From the NCBI GenBank assembly GCA_032718475.1, contig JAUCBJ010007629.1, positions 62,001-126,000 on the forward strand: DNA of 64,000 bases. The letters run 5' to 3'. The stretch comes from Nemertoderma westbladi (Eukaryota > Animalia > Xenacoelomorpha). Below the pieces are notes generated by a model. That model saw nothing but the letters and a program-made list of their open reading frames with translations, ran no database searches and was not told the origin of the DNA. This document shows positions 47,696 through 58,289 of this stretch, one piece after another (position 1 is the first letter of the stretch; every line of letters begins with the position of its first letter). The position numbers and the translations under genes were made by a program.

Positions 47696-50600
47696 TCACC
47701 TCCTTAGGCATCTCCATTGATCTACATTGGAGCTAATATCGTCATTATCTGAGGAGTATGGTGTTCCCTCAGTTGGGTCGTCTCCCTCACTAGTATCATC
47801 TTCCCATTCACTCACCTGGCAGACGCGATCTTGAAGCAGTCTTTCTCTGAGCGTTCTTCGGGAAGGTCCAGAAAGGTACCAACCTACTCTAGTTCTCACC
47901 GCATAGGTCTGAAGTGGTTGCGGTTGAGCAGGTCGTTTCTCCAATGTCTCCAGCGCCTCATGCGCGTTTTGACCGATTAATATTTGTACTCCAGGATAAT
48001 CGGTGTCGAATCTAGGGATGTTAAGTTGTTGGGCATGATCATCTTCGTCCCAATTATAAGGTTCCACTTGGGTGGTAGCGAAGTTCTTTATTGCCACCAT
48101 TTTGACTGACCTTATACTGTATTCTCCTAGTTTATCCTGTGGAGTGGACAACTCACCTATATAATAGTCGGCAGCTACAGTAGAATTCCAAACCTGCATG
48201 ATCCCTGACATGTTTAGCTTGGTTCGGAACTTGGGTTGTCCAGCAAAGATGACTTCGGCTAGTTCTTTATCGATGAATGTTCCTGTGCTACCGGAGTCCA
48301 GGAGGGCGTTCACTATATAGCTCTTCTGAGGTCCGTGGACCCGTAACTGGACTACAGGAAATTCTCGGATTCCTATATTGGAAGTTGGCGCTTTCCAAGA
48401 TGGTTGTTGATCAGAAGTAGTTAAGGTAAGGTCGCTGTCTGTGTCTTTCTCATGCACGAGTGCTCGATACACTGCGGTGGTGTTTATTAGGTAACAGGAT
48501 TCGTTTTGGTCGGAGAACTCGTCCGTATAGAATCCTTCCATCTCAGATTGATCAGTGTCGTTCACATCACTGAATTGGACATGTAGTTCGGACTCACTTA
48601 CCTGACTCGGGCTGTTTCGTTCGAATTCCGTGTGCAACAAGATATGATGTTTTGCGCCGCACTTTGCACACCTTGCGTCGGAGTAACAGGTTCGCCGTTG
48701 GTGTCCTCGTCTGAGGCAATTATAACACAACCGCTTATCCCACATGACTTCACGTCTATCCTTTAGTGATTTCCTCAGGAATTTATCACACGCATTTAAA
48801 CGGTGGGGCCCGTCGCACAGCACACATTTCGGCTTGATGTTACTTACTTTAACCTGTGCTATGTGGTGCACACTTGTTCTTTCCTCGGGCTTTCTCACCT
48901 GAATTCTTTTAGGAGACGTAGGAGGGGTTTTTTGTACCGGTTCCCTTCTGTCATTGGGTCGAGACTTGGATTTACTTACCTGATCTTTAGGCATTTTATT
49001 GACATAATAAGACCTGTCAGTGTCTTTCCCGCTGTCCTCTCCTTGAGAGGTTTGGCTTTCACCGTCGTCGGTATAACATACTGGTGTTACCCTTCTCCTA
49101 GAAACGGGTTTCTCACTTACCTTACTTTCCACTGTCTTCTCTCTGGACTGCTTTATGAGCTGTAATTTCACCTCGCTATCCAAGAATGACATGAGATCAG
49201 CCATGGTAGGGTCTCGTTGTTGTTGTTCCATCATGTATAACACTTTCTTGTCCCAGCGTGTACCTACTCCACCCTTCGGTAAAGTAGAAGCCACTGCTCT
49301 AATAACCATAGCACTCTGATACTCATGAGACTTACCTAGCCAATCTAATTGTCTGCAGATCTCCTGAATTTCATCGGAAAACTCTATAATCCCGCTGCTA
49401 ATAAACTTTCGGGGCGCTACCAACTTTGCATACAAATACCCAGCTATGTTATTCCTATTACCATACCTGATGTTTAGTGTATCCCAAACTTGTCTTAATC
49501 CGTCTGGATGTCCAATAAACCTTAACGCCATTAACTTGGGAGGTCCTTCCAAGCACTCGATGAGGAATCTAAGTTTCTCTCCATTAGATAGTACAGAGTT
49601 CTGTATGTTATCTTTGTAATATTCATTAAAAGGTAACCATTTCATCTCATCTCCATTGAACTTGACGATCTCTCCCACCTTTACCGCTTGCCGGGCTTCG
49701 GTTCTAGCCATTTGACGCGTAAAACTTTCTTGGGCCATCGTGTTATTTAATATCGAGTTATCGGTATATAAATTTCTCGGATTATGATCAGGTCTATAGG
49801 GAATGTCATTATCAACAGGTCTATAATTACCCTTAATAGGGTTCACTATAGGAGTTTCTACTTCGCTAGCAGTATATATGCGTGTAGGCTCCACACCTTG
49901 CGCATGAGATACTTCAGACCTAACAGGTTGATACATTGTTACCGAGGGTGGTGGTATACCCCTTTGTGTATTTACTAATTTATCGCGTTCTAGCGCGATA
50001 CTTTGCTGCACTTCTTGCAACTCTAGTCTACTTTCCCTTACTGTGCCCTTGAATTGCTGAACAGTCTCCTGCATCTGCCCGAGCAGGAGATCCATCCCCC
50101 GCCGTCTCTCGTCCACCCATTCGACCGCCGAAGCGGGAGTCGCCAACGTTGTAGCGGGCGGACGAGGGACAACGGGCGACAAATCATGAATATTTCGCTC
50201 GGGGTCCAGGACCTGAACTGCCTCATGGGCTGTTCTACTGGGCACAGGTAGCTTAGTGCTGTGCAGAGGGAATTTAGAGGTAACTTCAGGGAGCACAGGT
50301 GTGTCTATCACCGAAGGGGTGATTTCAAGAACAGGCCTAATTATTTCAGGCTCATCTACTATAGTAGGGAGTCTTTCTATTTTAATTATTTGGTCTGTGG
50401 GTTCTGTACTACCTAAGTTGGTGTTATTTAGTTGCCTTCTAACAGCTGGAGGCAAATCAGGCAATTTCTGACGGTGGAATGTTCTTTTGCGTCTGCTAAG
50501 GTGAGATCTATTTCCTTTGCCTTCAGTATCGGTGGTATCACCTTCCTCAGATGATGTATATCCCTGTCTTTTGGGAGTAGATCGATTCATCATCTGCATA

Positions 50601-51526
50601 TTACTAGCTGTTAACTGTTTATTTATGCAGTCTTGATTCTCCTGAATGTTTTCCAATTCTAATTGGGTGGTTTCTTCAGTCGCTCTCCGTTCTGCTTTTG
50701 CCACTGCCTCTGCCGCCTTTCTTTCAGCTTCGGCCGCTTTTGCCTCTGCCGCTGCCGCTGCCGCTGCCGCTTTTGCTTCTGCCGCTGCCGCTTTTGCTTC
50801 TGCCGCTGCCGCTTTTCTTTCTGCTTCTGCAGCTACCACTGCTGCTTTCTTTCTGTCTTCTATACGTTTTTTCTTTACTTGCTCTTCTTGGACTCTAGTG
50901 ATGCGGAGGAGTTCATCAAATTTAGCTTGGTTCGCAGCTAACATTTCCGCATCGATTGCGTCCAGCACCAGCTTGGTTCCTTCACTATTAGGGCTAAGCC
51001 CCTCCAACCTTCTCCTCAACTCGTCATCACCTAAAAAACGTTGATAGTCTGACAGATAGATGTCAATGGCATCTCTCTTTCGCGGCCCCTCCGCTGTCCC
51101 TTCGCTTTCTTCTTGAGAAGAAGTGGTGTCGGTTGATTCTTCATAGGTTGGCTGTTCATCATAAACCGTATCTGCCATCTTCGCTCCGCGTTCGGGCGTC
51201 CGCTCAACAGTATCCGAACTACTGGAGCTCTCGGGCCGCTGAGAACTAGGTTCTTGGCTAGGAGGTTGCTGCTGTTTGGCAGCTGCTTCTTGATCCCGCT
51301 TAACTTGGGCCCAAGTACCGATGATAGACCTACGGCGCTTCACTAACTTCGCAAATTGCGAAATTGCTTCTACTAACCTAGGTTCTGACACAGCTACTGT
51401 AGGGGTTGTCTTTCTTACAGTAGGAGGGGTTTCAGACCTCGGTCTGGGATTCTCTATACTCCTATCTGAGAAACAGACTGTTGTTTCTAGGAGACTATCT
51501 GACAGAGTTTGCCTTGTGTCAGTCAT
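47696..51526 (-). CDS. gag: BEL-B Gag-protease polyprotein
   Basis: 1276 aa; KFNGDEMKWLPF...EKLRFL..CLEG; CVLCDGPHRLNAC, CYNCLRRGHQRRTC, CAKCGAKHHILLH; ALLDSGSTGTFI; T..GW.LSGP; Ala/Glu/Lys coiled-coil repeat. Confidence 0.93.
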   Translation of the reverse strand: MTDTRQTLSDSLLETTVCFSDRSIENPRPRSETPPTVRKTTPTVAVSEPRLVEAISQFAKLVKRRRSIIGTWAQVKRDQEAAAKQQQPPSQEPSSQRPESSSSSDTVERTPERGAKMADTVYDEQPTYEESTDTTSSQEESEGTAEGPRKRDAIDIYLSDYQRFLGDDELRRRLEGLSPNSEGTKLVLDAIDAEMLAANQAKFDELLRITRVQEEQVKKKRIEDRKKAAVVAAEAERKAAAAEAKAAAAEAKAAAAAAAAEAKAAEAERKAAEAVAKAERRATEETTQLELENIQENQDCINKQLTASNMQMMNRSTPKRQGYTSSEEGDTTDTEGKGNRSHLSRRKRTFHRQKLPDLPPAVRRQLNNTNLGSTEPTDQIIKIERLPTIVDEPEIIRPVLEITPSVIDTPVLPEVTSKFPLHSTKLPVPSRTAHEAVQVLDPERNIHDLSPVVPRPPATTLATPASAVEWVDERRRGMDLLLGQMQETVQQFKGTVRESRLELQEVQQSIALERDKLVNTQRGIPPPSVTMYQPVRSEVSHAQGVEPTRIYTASEVETPIVNPIKGNYRPVDNDIPYRPDHNPRNLYTDNSILNNTMAQESFTRQMARTEARQAVKVGEIVKFNGDEMKWLPFNEYYKDNIQNSVLSNGEKLRFLIECLEGPPKLMALRFIGHPDGLRQVWDTLNIRYGNRNNIAGYLYAKLVAPRKFISSGIIEFSDEIQEICRQLDWLGKSHEYQSAMVIRAVASTLPKGGVGTRWDKKVLYMMEQQQRDPTMADLMSFLDSEVKLQLIKQSREKTVESKVSEKPVSRRRVTPVCYTDDGESQTSQGEDSGKDTDRSYYVNKMPKDQVSKSKSRPNDRREPVQKTPPTSPKRIQVRKPEERTSVHHIAQVKVSNIKPKCVLCDGPHRLNACDKFLRKSLKDRREVMWDKRLCYNCLRRGHQRRTCYSDARCAKCGAKHHILLHTEFERNSPSQVSESELHVQFSDVNDTDQSEMEGFYTDEFSDQNESCYLINTTAVYRALVHEKDTDSDLTLTTSDQQPSWKAPTSNIGIREFPVVQLRVHGPQKSYIVNALLDSGSTGTFIDKELAEVIFAGQPKFRTKLNMSGIMQVWNSTVAADYYIGELSTPQDKLGEYSIRSVKMVAIKNFATTQVEPYNWDEDDHAQQLNIPRFDTDYPGVQILIGQNAHEALETLEKRPAQPQPLQTYAVRTRVGWYLSGPSRRTLRERLLQDRVCQVSEWEDDTSEGDDPTEGTPYSSDNDDISSNVDQWRCLRR

Positions 51527-53712
51527 GTTTGTTTGTACAGTTGGATGCCTACTGCTATATTACAGTCTAAGCAAGTCTAGTAATTCAGTATTAACTGTTA
51601 GCCTAGTAATTAATTACCGATACTGCTACTCAGTGTAGCGTGATATATATATAATATATTAGAATACCGGTATGCTTATAGTATATATAAGTATTATTAC
51701 AGACTAGGTTTTTCACAAAATACCGGTATATAATTTTAGCACAAAAATATATATAAATATATAATAGGCCTATCGTGGATACCGGTATGCAGTTTACACT
51801 TATAGTATATATAAGTATAATTATTAACTAAAATTAATTACAGAATACCGGTATGATTTCAACCTAAAATTTATAGAAATAAATATAATAAGCCTATTGT
51901 AAATACCGGTATGTCAATTATTTTAGAATAATTGAATTTCTGAATTTTAAGGGTTACTTGGTTACTTTAACTTACTTTATTACCGTTATTTAAGCAGTAG
52001 TCCAACTGATATTGAGACCTAATTGTTGTATGGCAGGCCTACTATTTATAAATCGTTTGAGTTGATTTATAATATATATATACCCGTTGAAATGGGTTTT
52101 TGTCAATGTTTGAAATAAATGTTATTATTTCTGGGGAAGTCACTACACCGAAGCTGTGTGCTCTCAGTGAAGTGCTACTTGTTTGACACTAAAACAAATA
52201 ATTCTAATTTATCTAAGTTACTTAATACTACAAATTACGTACAATTCGGGTTGAGATTACAATCTCTAAATAAACACAAAAATTTAATTACAAATACACA
52301 AATACAAATTTTTAGGGTAATTTTACAAGAAGTCTACAAACCAGCCTAACAAAGGGTTAGAAATCTGGTTATTACAACGGACAGGGTACTACGGTATTTG
52401 AAATAATAAGTAGTAGTAAATACACTGCGTTGTCCAGATAGGAAAATACCACCGCCTGACGACCTATAGCCGTATCGCTATAGGTACTACGTTATGTATC
52501 ACGGAGTGTTCCTACCTAGAAGTTAATAGAGCTAACGAACGTGCCTATCAACCACTTTACAACACAAATATACTGCCCACACACTAATTACCTTCGGAAA
52601 GCACTGTACACTAAACCCTAAATTAGGTACAAGTACTTGTACAACAGATAATCAGTAGTTAAAAATACTTGAACAGTTAAAAGAACCACGGTATCTGCCG
52701 GAGTGACCAAAGCACAAAATCTCCAGTCTTTACCTACGCCGAGCAGCCCGTGTAGTACCGGGGTTAGTTTAACTATAACGGTATGTATAACAAACACAAT
52801 TACTGTAGGAACAAACTTGGGGACATGAATGTTGCGAATAATCGCATAAACTCTGAATAATAAATATTACGCAATGCGTACAAACTACTCAAACAAAATG
52901 CAGACTAAATACTGACAGACTACTATCAAGCCCAAACAAACTACGGTATATGCAGACTCCGAAATGTTTAAATAGTATGCGTTCTAACCCAGTAGTACGA
53001 CTTATTCTTTAGATGGGGGTTTACCTTACAGCGATGGCTGCCCCTACTTCCTAACCGTTCTTTATCGGACATACACTCTACACACACCGAAATTTCTTCA
53101 AACCCAACAACAGCCAGACAACTATCCAGCCTACAAATTATCTAAATAAAATTATACGCTACCCGTACAGACTACACAAACAAAGTACAGACCAAACGCT
53201 AGCCAACTACTATCAAGCCTAAATAAACCACAGGACATGCAGACTCCGAAATGGTTAAGTAGTATGCGTTCTAACCCAGTAGTACGACTTATTCTTTAGA
53301 TGGGGGTTTACCTTACAGCGATGGCTGCCCCTACTTCCTAACCGTTCTTTATCGGACATACACTCTACATGCACTGTAATCCGTTCAGACCTAATCAACA
53401 GTTAGCCAACAGTCAAGCCTACAAATTATCTATACAATCTGAGCAGGGTTACACGCCTTCTGCTCAATACTGGCCTACAAATAAATAAAACTGGCAGAAA
53501 TAAGTAAACTATACAAAAGAATGAGGGGTGATCAATCCCTATTCTCTTAAACAGCCCACCGGTATACAATACCACAATCGAATAATACTGCTGTACCTGT
53601 ACTATTGTAGGTACCGGTCCGGATGATCAGGCAGTCAGGCCTACTGGTTACCGATCGACCGGTACTTTCGACTAGATTGCTTACACCGCAATCCAGAAGC
53701 AATATCTGTTAT

Positions 53713-54874
53713 TGTTTGCGCTTTTAAGACCTTTGACAGTTTAACCTGCCAAATTAGGATGTCTTTTAGATGATATATAGTCTTTAGCCTATGACGAGTA
53801 TTTGATACACTACATTAGCCGAAGCCAGTCTATGCGCAATCATTCACCCATTGGATATACCCGGGAGACTGAGTTCGGAGCTTAATGATTGATGGTGTAA
53901 GCCTACTGTATTATTCGACTGATCGTAATATATAATCTCTGACTAATATTATTCACTTTCGGGAAATATTAACAGTTCCTTTAGGACGTGGCGCTCTAAA
54001 TATGTAAACAGAGTTATGACTTAAACTAGACGCAACGAAAAGGCTATAGATTCACGTATATGGCGCATTCTTTAGGAGATGCTTTGTTATCAGTTACACT
54101 CATACACAATGCTGCACAATGCTGCACACCAATCTGCCGACCTTCACTAATTTTAGTCACATACAAAGAGAATAACAGACAATACATGTAGGGCCTATAA
54201 AATAGCATGAGATTCACTTCAAACCACTTAACATAGGTCGCAATCGTTTATCTGTAACCGGTCTCTCTAACCTTTAGTATATCAAGAAGGTGGGGTGTCT
54301 GACTATTGATCAGTATTCCAAATATAATCTTCCATCAACAAATATAATGAATAACCGACAGCAAAAGCAGTAATGTTAAGTAAGATATGCATGATATGTT
54401 TAGTAAGCATTGAGATATGAATTGCATTGAGATATCAGATATACGTTCTATAATTAAGCCTACTAATGTAAGACTAAAGACTGAAACACGGAGGTGCCAA
54501 AAGCCGGTGTTCTTAGGCTCTGGGCAAAAACATAACACTGAATTCCTGAGTTTCTGTATCCACCTCCAACACAGAGACAAAAAACGCTCTGATTGGTCGA
54601 CCGAACAACGAGAGAACAAAGAAACAAAGAAATGTCGACGTGGCAATATCAGCTGTTAGCCGTCGTCATGGTAGCGACACTGTTTTCAAGAGTATCGAGC
54701 TTTTTGCGTCACGAAATTGCGGATTATGTCCTCTAAAGTACAAATACAGAAGAAATGGCTTTTATGTCCTCTAAAACACCAGTACAGCAAGGACACGGCC
54801 TTTTATGCCTGGTAAACCAACCACAGAGTACTTTACGGGGATAATAACCGGCTAATTATGCAAAAGCTTTTACA
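53713..54874 (-). repeat. BEL-B 5' LTR
   Basis: Direct repeat of 41400-42562. Confidence 0.95.
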
Positions 54875-56442
54875 AGTTTCTGTGCATCGGCTATGTCCGT
54901 TGATCCAATCTGCGCAAAGAACCGTTTCTTGAATCTGAGGTAATCGACGGGATCTCCTTCGAAGGTGCGGATCTCCATCTTGGGCATGGAGAGGCGGTTT
55001 TCCAATGCCCGGATAATGCTGATGTTGTCCGAACTGGAGTGGTTCGGAGGGTTATAGTTATTGGCACTCTCTCCCATACTCGATGGATCAATGGTAGGTG
55101 GAGTTTTAATGATGACGCGACTATGGGTTTGTGGTGTGGATGTGAATGGGTTGTTGGATCGGGGAGTGGCGTCCCGTTCCGAGTCCCTTTCAGGCTCGTA
55201 CTTGGGTACACTCGTTGCCGTGGGGTTGGATGGGAAATACGGTTCCTCATTTTTAAGCGTAACCGGTGGGGGATGGAACACTGGTGCTTGTGCCGATAAC
55301 GTAGACTGTTTGGTAGGCGGAATCTCGGGTTTCGGAAGTTTCGCCGCTGTCAGTATAAATGACTTCTCTAATTCCGGTACCGGGATTGGTTCATATTCCT
55401 GATCTATATCCCTTTCCCAGTCCTCGTAGAGTTGAATATCTCGTTCTATGAGTGCGGCTTCGTATTCCGCGAGTTTTGCAATATCCGCATTCTTTTTGTG
55501 GATGAGAATCGCTTGGGCCTCGGCGTGTTGTTTATGCATTTCTGCTTCCCATTTACGTTGTTCGATCTCCTGTTCGGCCTCTCGTCCACGTTGTTCAGCC
55601 TCCTGTTTGCGTTGTTCGGCCTGCCGTTCGGCCTCGCGTTCACGTTGTTTAGCCTCTCGTTTGCGGTGTTCCGCCTCCTGTTCGCGTTGTTCAGCCTCCT
55701 GTTCGCGTTGTTCGGCCTGCCGTTCGGCCTCTCGTCTATGTTGTTCCGCCTCCTGTTCGCGTTGTTCGGCTTGCCGTTCGGCCGCTTGTTCGGCCTCTCG
55801 CTTTTGTGTTTCGGCGGCTAATACATCTTGCTCGGCTTGCAGTTGGATATACTCATCTTCCATCCGAGCTTTGAGGGCTAATGCCTTCCGTTCTCGCAGT
55901 TGGTCTCGGAGTGGTCCGGTCCCTTGAGAACTGCGCGCTGAGCCGGATATCTCGCTCCTAGCGCTGGAGTGCTGATTTCTAGCGGACTCCGTTCTCTTTC
56001 GATGTACTGCTGTCCTGATGCTGGAGGATCGTACTGATTCCGCGTCTGTTCTTTCAGCCCTCTTGTAGTACTGTTCTTCATAGCCTCTCACAAGGCTGAG
56101 GGTCCTCCGGTGTTGTTTGCGGAACCCATCTAGATGTACAACGTGTTCTTCTAACTTGGGGTAGTTTTCCTGATCGGTGGAGGGAACGAGCTCTTGGTAC
56201 GCCTGTATCATTCTTTCGTACCGCTGTAGGATATTTCGGATACTTTGAAGCTGAGTTTGTACCTCATTGAGGGGGGTTTTGACTCCCTTGAGTTGTTTCT
56301 CCATCCGTTGATACGCTCGGGTTACTCCGCCTTTGAGAGCCCCTAGCCGACGGGTCATGTTCTTGACGTTTGGTACCTCGTCGGCTTCCGAGTCTGTGTG
56401 GTGATCCATCTCGTCGGTATCGGATACGTTATTTGTTGTCAT
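54875..56442 (-). CDS. gag: BEL-A Gag N-terminal part (coiled-coil EQREQEA repeats), interrupted by element B
   Basis: RRLGALKGGVTR; MPKMEIRTFEGDPVDYLRFKKRF...DAQKL, a typical BEL gag; continues at 41393. Confidence 0.9.
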
Positions 56443-56630
56443 TGTAACGCCTCGTTGATGGCTAGATACGCGATGTCGTAAAACAGTTCCTCGTAGGTAT
56501 TGTACTCAGCTTGGACCACCCGAATAGTAATCCTGAATCGTCCAACGTTCGTTCCTTGTACCTCAACTTCGACGTGCCAGATTCCTGGCTCAACTTGAAT
56601 TATATCAATGGGTGTGATCGATACTTCCAT
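56439..56630 (-). CDS. Small upstream ORF overlapping the BEL-A gag start (ATGA)
   Basis: 63 aa, ATG start; its TGA overlaps the gag ATG. Confidence 0.35.
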   Translation of the reverse strand: MEVSITPIDIIQVEPGIWHVEVEVQGTNVGRFRITIRVVQAEYNTYEELFYDIAYLAINEALQ

Positions 56631-56836
56631 TCCCTGTTAACAACTCTCCAAATATGTGATCTGCCGACTACGAGTTGGTTAGATCGAGTTTGTTGCTTAA
56701 TTAAACCACGACTTTGTCTCAACTCAAATACCAGAGTTTCCTCGTAGTGGGTGCTGGCAAGCACGTAGAGAGTTTTTGAAGAGTATTGAAGGATTCTCAA
56801 CTTCCACCAGTTGAAGTTGACCGTAATTATCCTTAA

Positions 56837-58023
56837 CCCTATTAAACCCGGGGGGGGGTCAATATGACCCCCCCGTGGTTTTTTTATTATAATTCTGAAA
56901 CAAACGCAGTTGGGAATCTGAAATTTTATGACTTTTCCTAAAAATCTATTGTCTTCCTAGTAGTGAAAACCGTTTTCAAAAATATTGGGTAGTTTTCGAG
57001 TTATAGCACCATTTTTTAACCCTACTTTTGCCACTTTTTTTGAGACGTTTTTTGAAAATTACATTTCATTAAATATGAATTCTAACATCTCTTTTATTGA
57101 TTTACACCGGTTTTTTGGTGTTAGAAATTGGATGGAATTCATATAAATTGATTTAGAAATTTCAAACTTGTTTTTTCGGCGGGTGCCAATTTTTGGTGCC
57201 AGCACCAAATTTTAAAATATGTCAATTTTGTAAATTGATTGTGTGAAACTTGTTTTTTACGCAATTGGGGTTTTTTGGGGTTCTGGTTTCGATGAAATAT
57301 ATACGAGTTGCACCAAGCGTATCAAACTTGTATTTTTCGGTGGTGGGTGCAAATTTTGGTGCTAGCACAAAATTTTGAAAATCCATTCAATTGATAAAAT
57401 TGTTTGTGACAATTTATTTCTTGCGTTTTAGAGGTTTATGGCTATTCTGAATTGAATGGAATATATAATTTTCGATCTAGGCATCTCAAACTTGTATTTT
57501 TCGGAAGTGGGTGCAAAATGTGGTGCTAGCACCAAATTTTGAAAACCATCAAATATATAAATTGATTGTGTCACCTTGTTTCTTGCGTTATACGGGTTTG
57601 TGAGGGTTCTGAATTCAATGGAATCAGTAAAAATTTCATGAGAGTTTTCAAACTTGTATTTTTCGCCGGTGGGTGAAAATTGTTGTGCCAGCACCAAATT
57701 TTGGAAAATAAGCAAATTGATCAGTAGATAGTATCATCTTGTTTATTGCGTTATACGGGTTTATGAGGGTCCTGAATCCGATGGAATCAATAAAAACAGC
57801 ACTGGACATCGCAAACTTGTACTTTTTGTTGATGGGTACGAAATTTGGTCCTAGCACCAAAATTTGCCAAATTACGTCGAAAAATACAAGTAGCAATGAT
57901 CTGGCATATTTGAAATGTATTCCATTAGAATCAGCGCCCTAGAAAACCTGAAAATGTGAATTTATAGCATCGCATAAGTGAATTAAAAATTTTGTGTTCT
58001 AACTGAAAAGTGCTGGTAACTTG
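56837..58023 (+). mobile_element. piggyBac-like non-autonomous transposon, copy 3, truncated
   Basis: TTAA then CCCTATTAAACCCGGG; homologous to 8843-10031; ends abruptly at a TG microhomology with LINE sequence. Confidence 0.9.
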
Positions 58024-58289
58024 GACAGCCCATGACTTTCTTGAGACGCATCGTAAAGGACACTGGCCTTAAAGATGCGGATGATCTAGCAAATGTCATG
58101 GGTGATAGGGAGTTGTGGCAGTGCAATTTTGTTGACAAGCCGGCACAGCATTCTTAAAAATGCAGCTGCAATGCAGCATGCCGATCCTAGTAGTAGTAGT
58201 AGTAGTATGAACATACATCATCGTCGTAGTAAAAATAGAAAAATAAAAAAAGGCAAACTCAAACACTGCGAAAAAAGTATTTTTTAATA

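Larger units (their letters stand above)
41400..54874 (-). mobile_element. BEL/Pao LTR retrotransposon B nested in the gag of A; non-autonomous (intact gag-pro, decayed pol)
   Basis: 1.16-kb LTRs TGTAAAAG...GCAAACA; PPT GGGAGCGG at 42563; 6-bp TSD AGTATC/AGTTTC (1 mismatch). Excision restores AQKL/VYLSQYL. Confidence 0.93.
33367..56832 (-). mobile_element. BEL/Pao LTR retrotransposon A, non-autonomous, 5' LTR lost, carrying an extra exonuclease ORF
   Basis: gag at 56442 continues in frame at 41393 after removing element B; triple Cys/His knuckle; FLDNGSDGT protease; integrase C-terminal LTPNHLL..WW..W..EYL..L..R.KW; PPT GGGGGGGA followed by TGGAAAA at 34729. Confidence 0.8.

Noticed and set aside
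50646-55927. Ala/Leu-Pro/Cys-Arg-rich plus-strand ORFs (50646-51044, 55432-55927) and other antisense ORFs over gag/pol and the exonuclease
   Set aside because: Shadow frames of coiled-coil repeats and GC-rich coding DNA.
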